A stretch of DNA of 64,000 nt from Squalus acanthias (lineage: Eukaryota), in the NCBI GenBank assembly GCA_030390025.1, contig CM059449.1, positions 15,190,001 to 15,254,000 on the forward strand. Reading direction: 5' to 3'. Below the pieces are notes generated by a model. That model did no database searches. It saw only the letters and a list, made by a program, of their open reading frames with translations, and was not told the origin of the DNA. Position numbers and translations under genes: made by a program. Positions 62,861-64,000 of this stretch are shown here, one piece after another (positions within the stretch are counted from its first letter, which is position 1; every line of letters starts with the position of its first letter).

Positions 62861-63982
62861 TTTGTAAATACTTGATGATCACTTTAAATAGTGCTGGTGG
62901 GGGGTCCTTCATTCCATTTCACATCAGAATGAAAAGAAAGACTTGCATTTATACAACACTTTTCACAACCAAAGCACTTTATAGTCAATGAAATACTTTT
63001 TCAAAGTGCACTCACTGTTGTAATGTATGAAACACGGCAGCCAATTTGTGCACAGGAAGCTCCCACAGACAGCAAATGTGAGAATGACCAGATAATGTTT
63101 TAATGATGTTGATTGAGGGTTAAATATTGGCCAGGACACCAGGGAGAACTCCCCTGCTCTTTTTCGAAATAGGGCCTCGGTTTAAAGTCTCATCCAAAAG
63201 ACAGCACCTCTGACAGTGCAGCACTCCCTCAGTACTGCACTGGGGTGTCAGCCTAGATTTTGGTGCTCAAGTCTCTGGAGTGGGACTTAGAACCCACAAC
63301 CTTCTGACTCAGAGGTGAGGGTGCTACCAACTGAGCCACTGGCTGACACATGATCACATTCCTGTTTGTGGGAGCTTGCTGTGCGTAAATTGGCCGTTAC
63401 ATTTCCTACATTACAACAGTGACTACACTTCAAAAAGTACTTCATTGACTGTAAAGAGCTTTGCGATGTCCGGTGGTTGTGAAAGGCGCTATATAAATGC
63501 AAGTCTTTCTTTTATAACATCGTGTTCAGCTGTGCGAGGTTAAGACAGGGTGTTGGCTGGAGTGAGGAGTTTCAAAATAGCAGAGGTGGCTTCAAATCAG
63601 CTTTGCCCTCTGATTCACGTCATCATCTCGCTGCTCTACGCGCTGCCGGCGGTCGTTTCAGGTGCGCGCACACACCCCTTTACCAAGATGGCATCCTACG
63701 CACTTCCCATCGGAACTGTGTGCACATCTCCGACCGCATTTTTGAGTCATATGTGGCAGCATAGCAACTAAAAAGCGGGCACTACACGGCCCAATTTAGC
63801 CCCCATAGTCTATGTTATACAAATCTTTGATGTTATGCTCTGTAGTAAAATGAACCTCTTGCCTTATTTATACTGCAGTAATTTCCTTCTCTTATACTCG
63901 CCCTTGCTGTGATCAAAAACCTGCCAGCACAGTTTAAATTAATTCTGTCTCGATAAGCTGTTCTGTCTTTGTTCTGTATTAG

Positions 63983-64000
63983 AATAATGTAAAACATATC
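63983..64000 (+). CDS. Possible start of the next short TRIM exon (NNVKHI..)
   Basis: Polypyrimidine ttctgtctttgttctgtattAG, phase 0 compatible; truncated by the window end. Confidence 0.3.

Noticed and set aside
1-64000. CRISPR arrays, rRNA or prokaryotic operons
   Set aside because: Intron-containing vertebrate DNA; no regularly spaced repeat-spacer arrays or rRNA motifs seen.

Overview
This is vertebrate genomic DNA, inferred to be shark/chondrichthyan from its CR1, Deu-type SINE and Penelope content. Most of the window is a cluster of NKp30/NCR3-like single-exon VJ-type Ig receptor genes, built from four segmental duplicons (about 1-6.8k, 10.0-15.6k, 31.3-37.3k, and inverted 45.9-52.5k). 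I reconstructed exons by hand from splice signals and phase. Gene C (minus, 29483-42264, 8 exons, 1080 nt, 359 aa) is leader-V1-V2-uncharged TM-tail with two ITIMs (LQYATV, VLYASV). It appears to be an inhibitory receptor and a chimera of two V subfamilies. Gene A (minus, leader at 6418-6484) has two V exons from a 567-bp tandem duplication, and its tail runs off the window. Copy B (10.5-14.8k) has no leader, has lost the first Ig Cys and has a stop in the tail. Copy D (plus, 46.4-51.1k) has a nonsense codon and is cut by a 500-N gap. After the gap are coiled-coil exons of a TRIM gene, a decayed retroviral integrase with unassigned downstream ORFs, and Harbinger remnants. Repeats include CR1/L2 LINEs, SINEs, two solo LTRs with 4-bp TSDs, a hairpin-rich MITE, and fold-back Penelope insertions (one a ~1.9-kb palindrome) carrying hammerhead ribozyme motifs. 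Gene models are predictions without transcript evidence.
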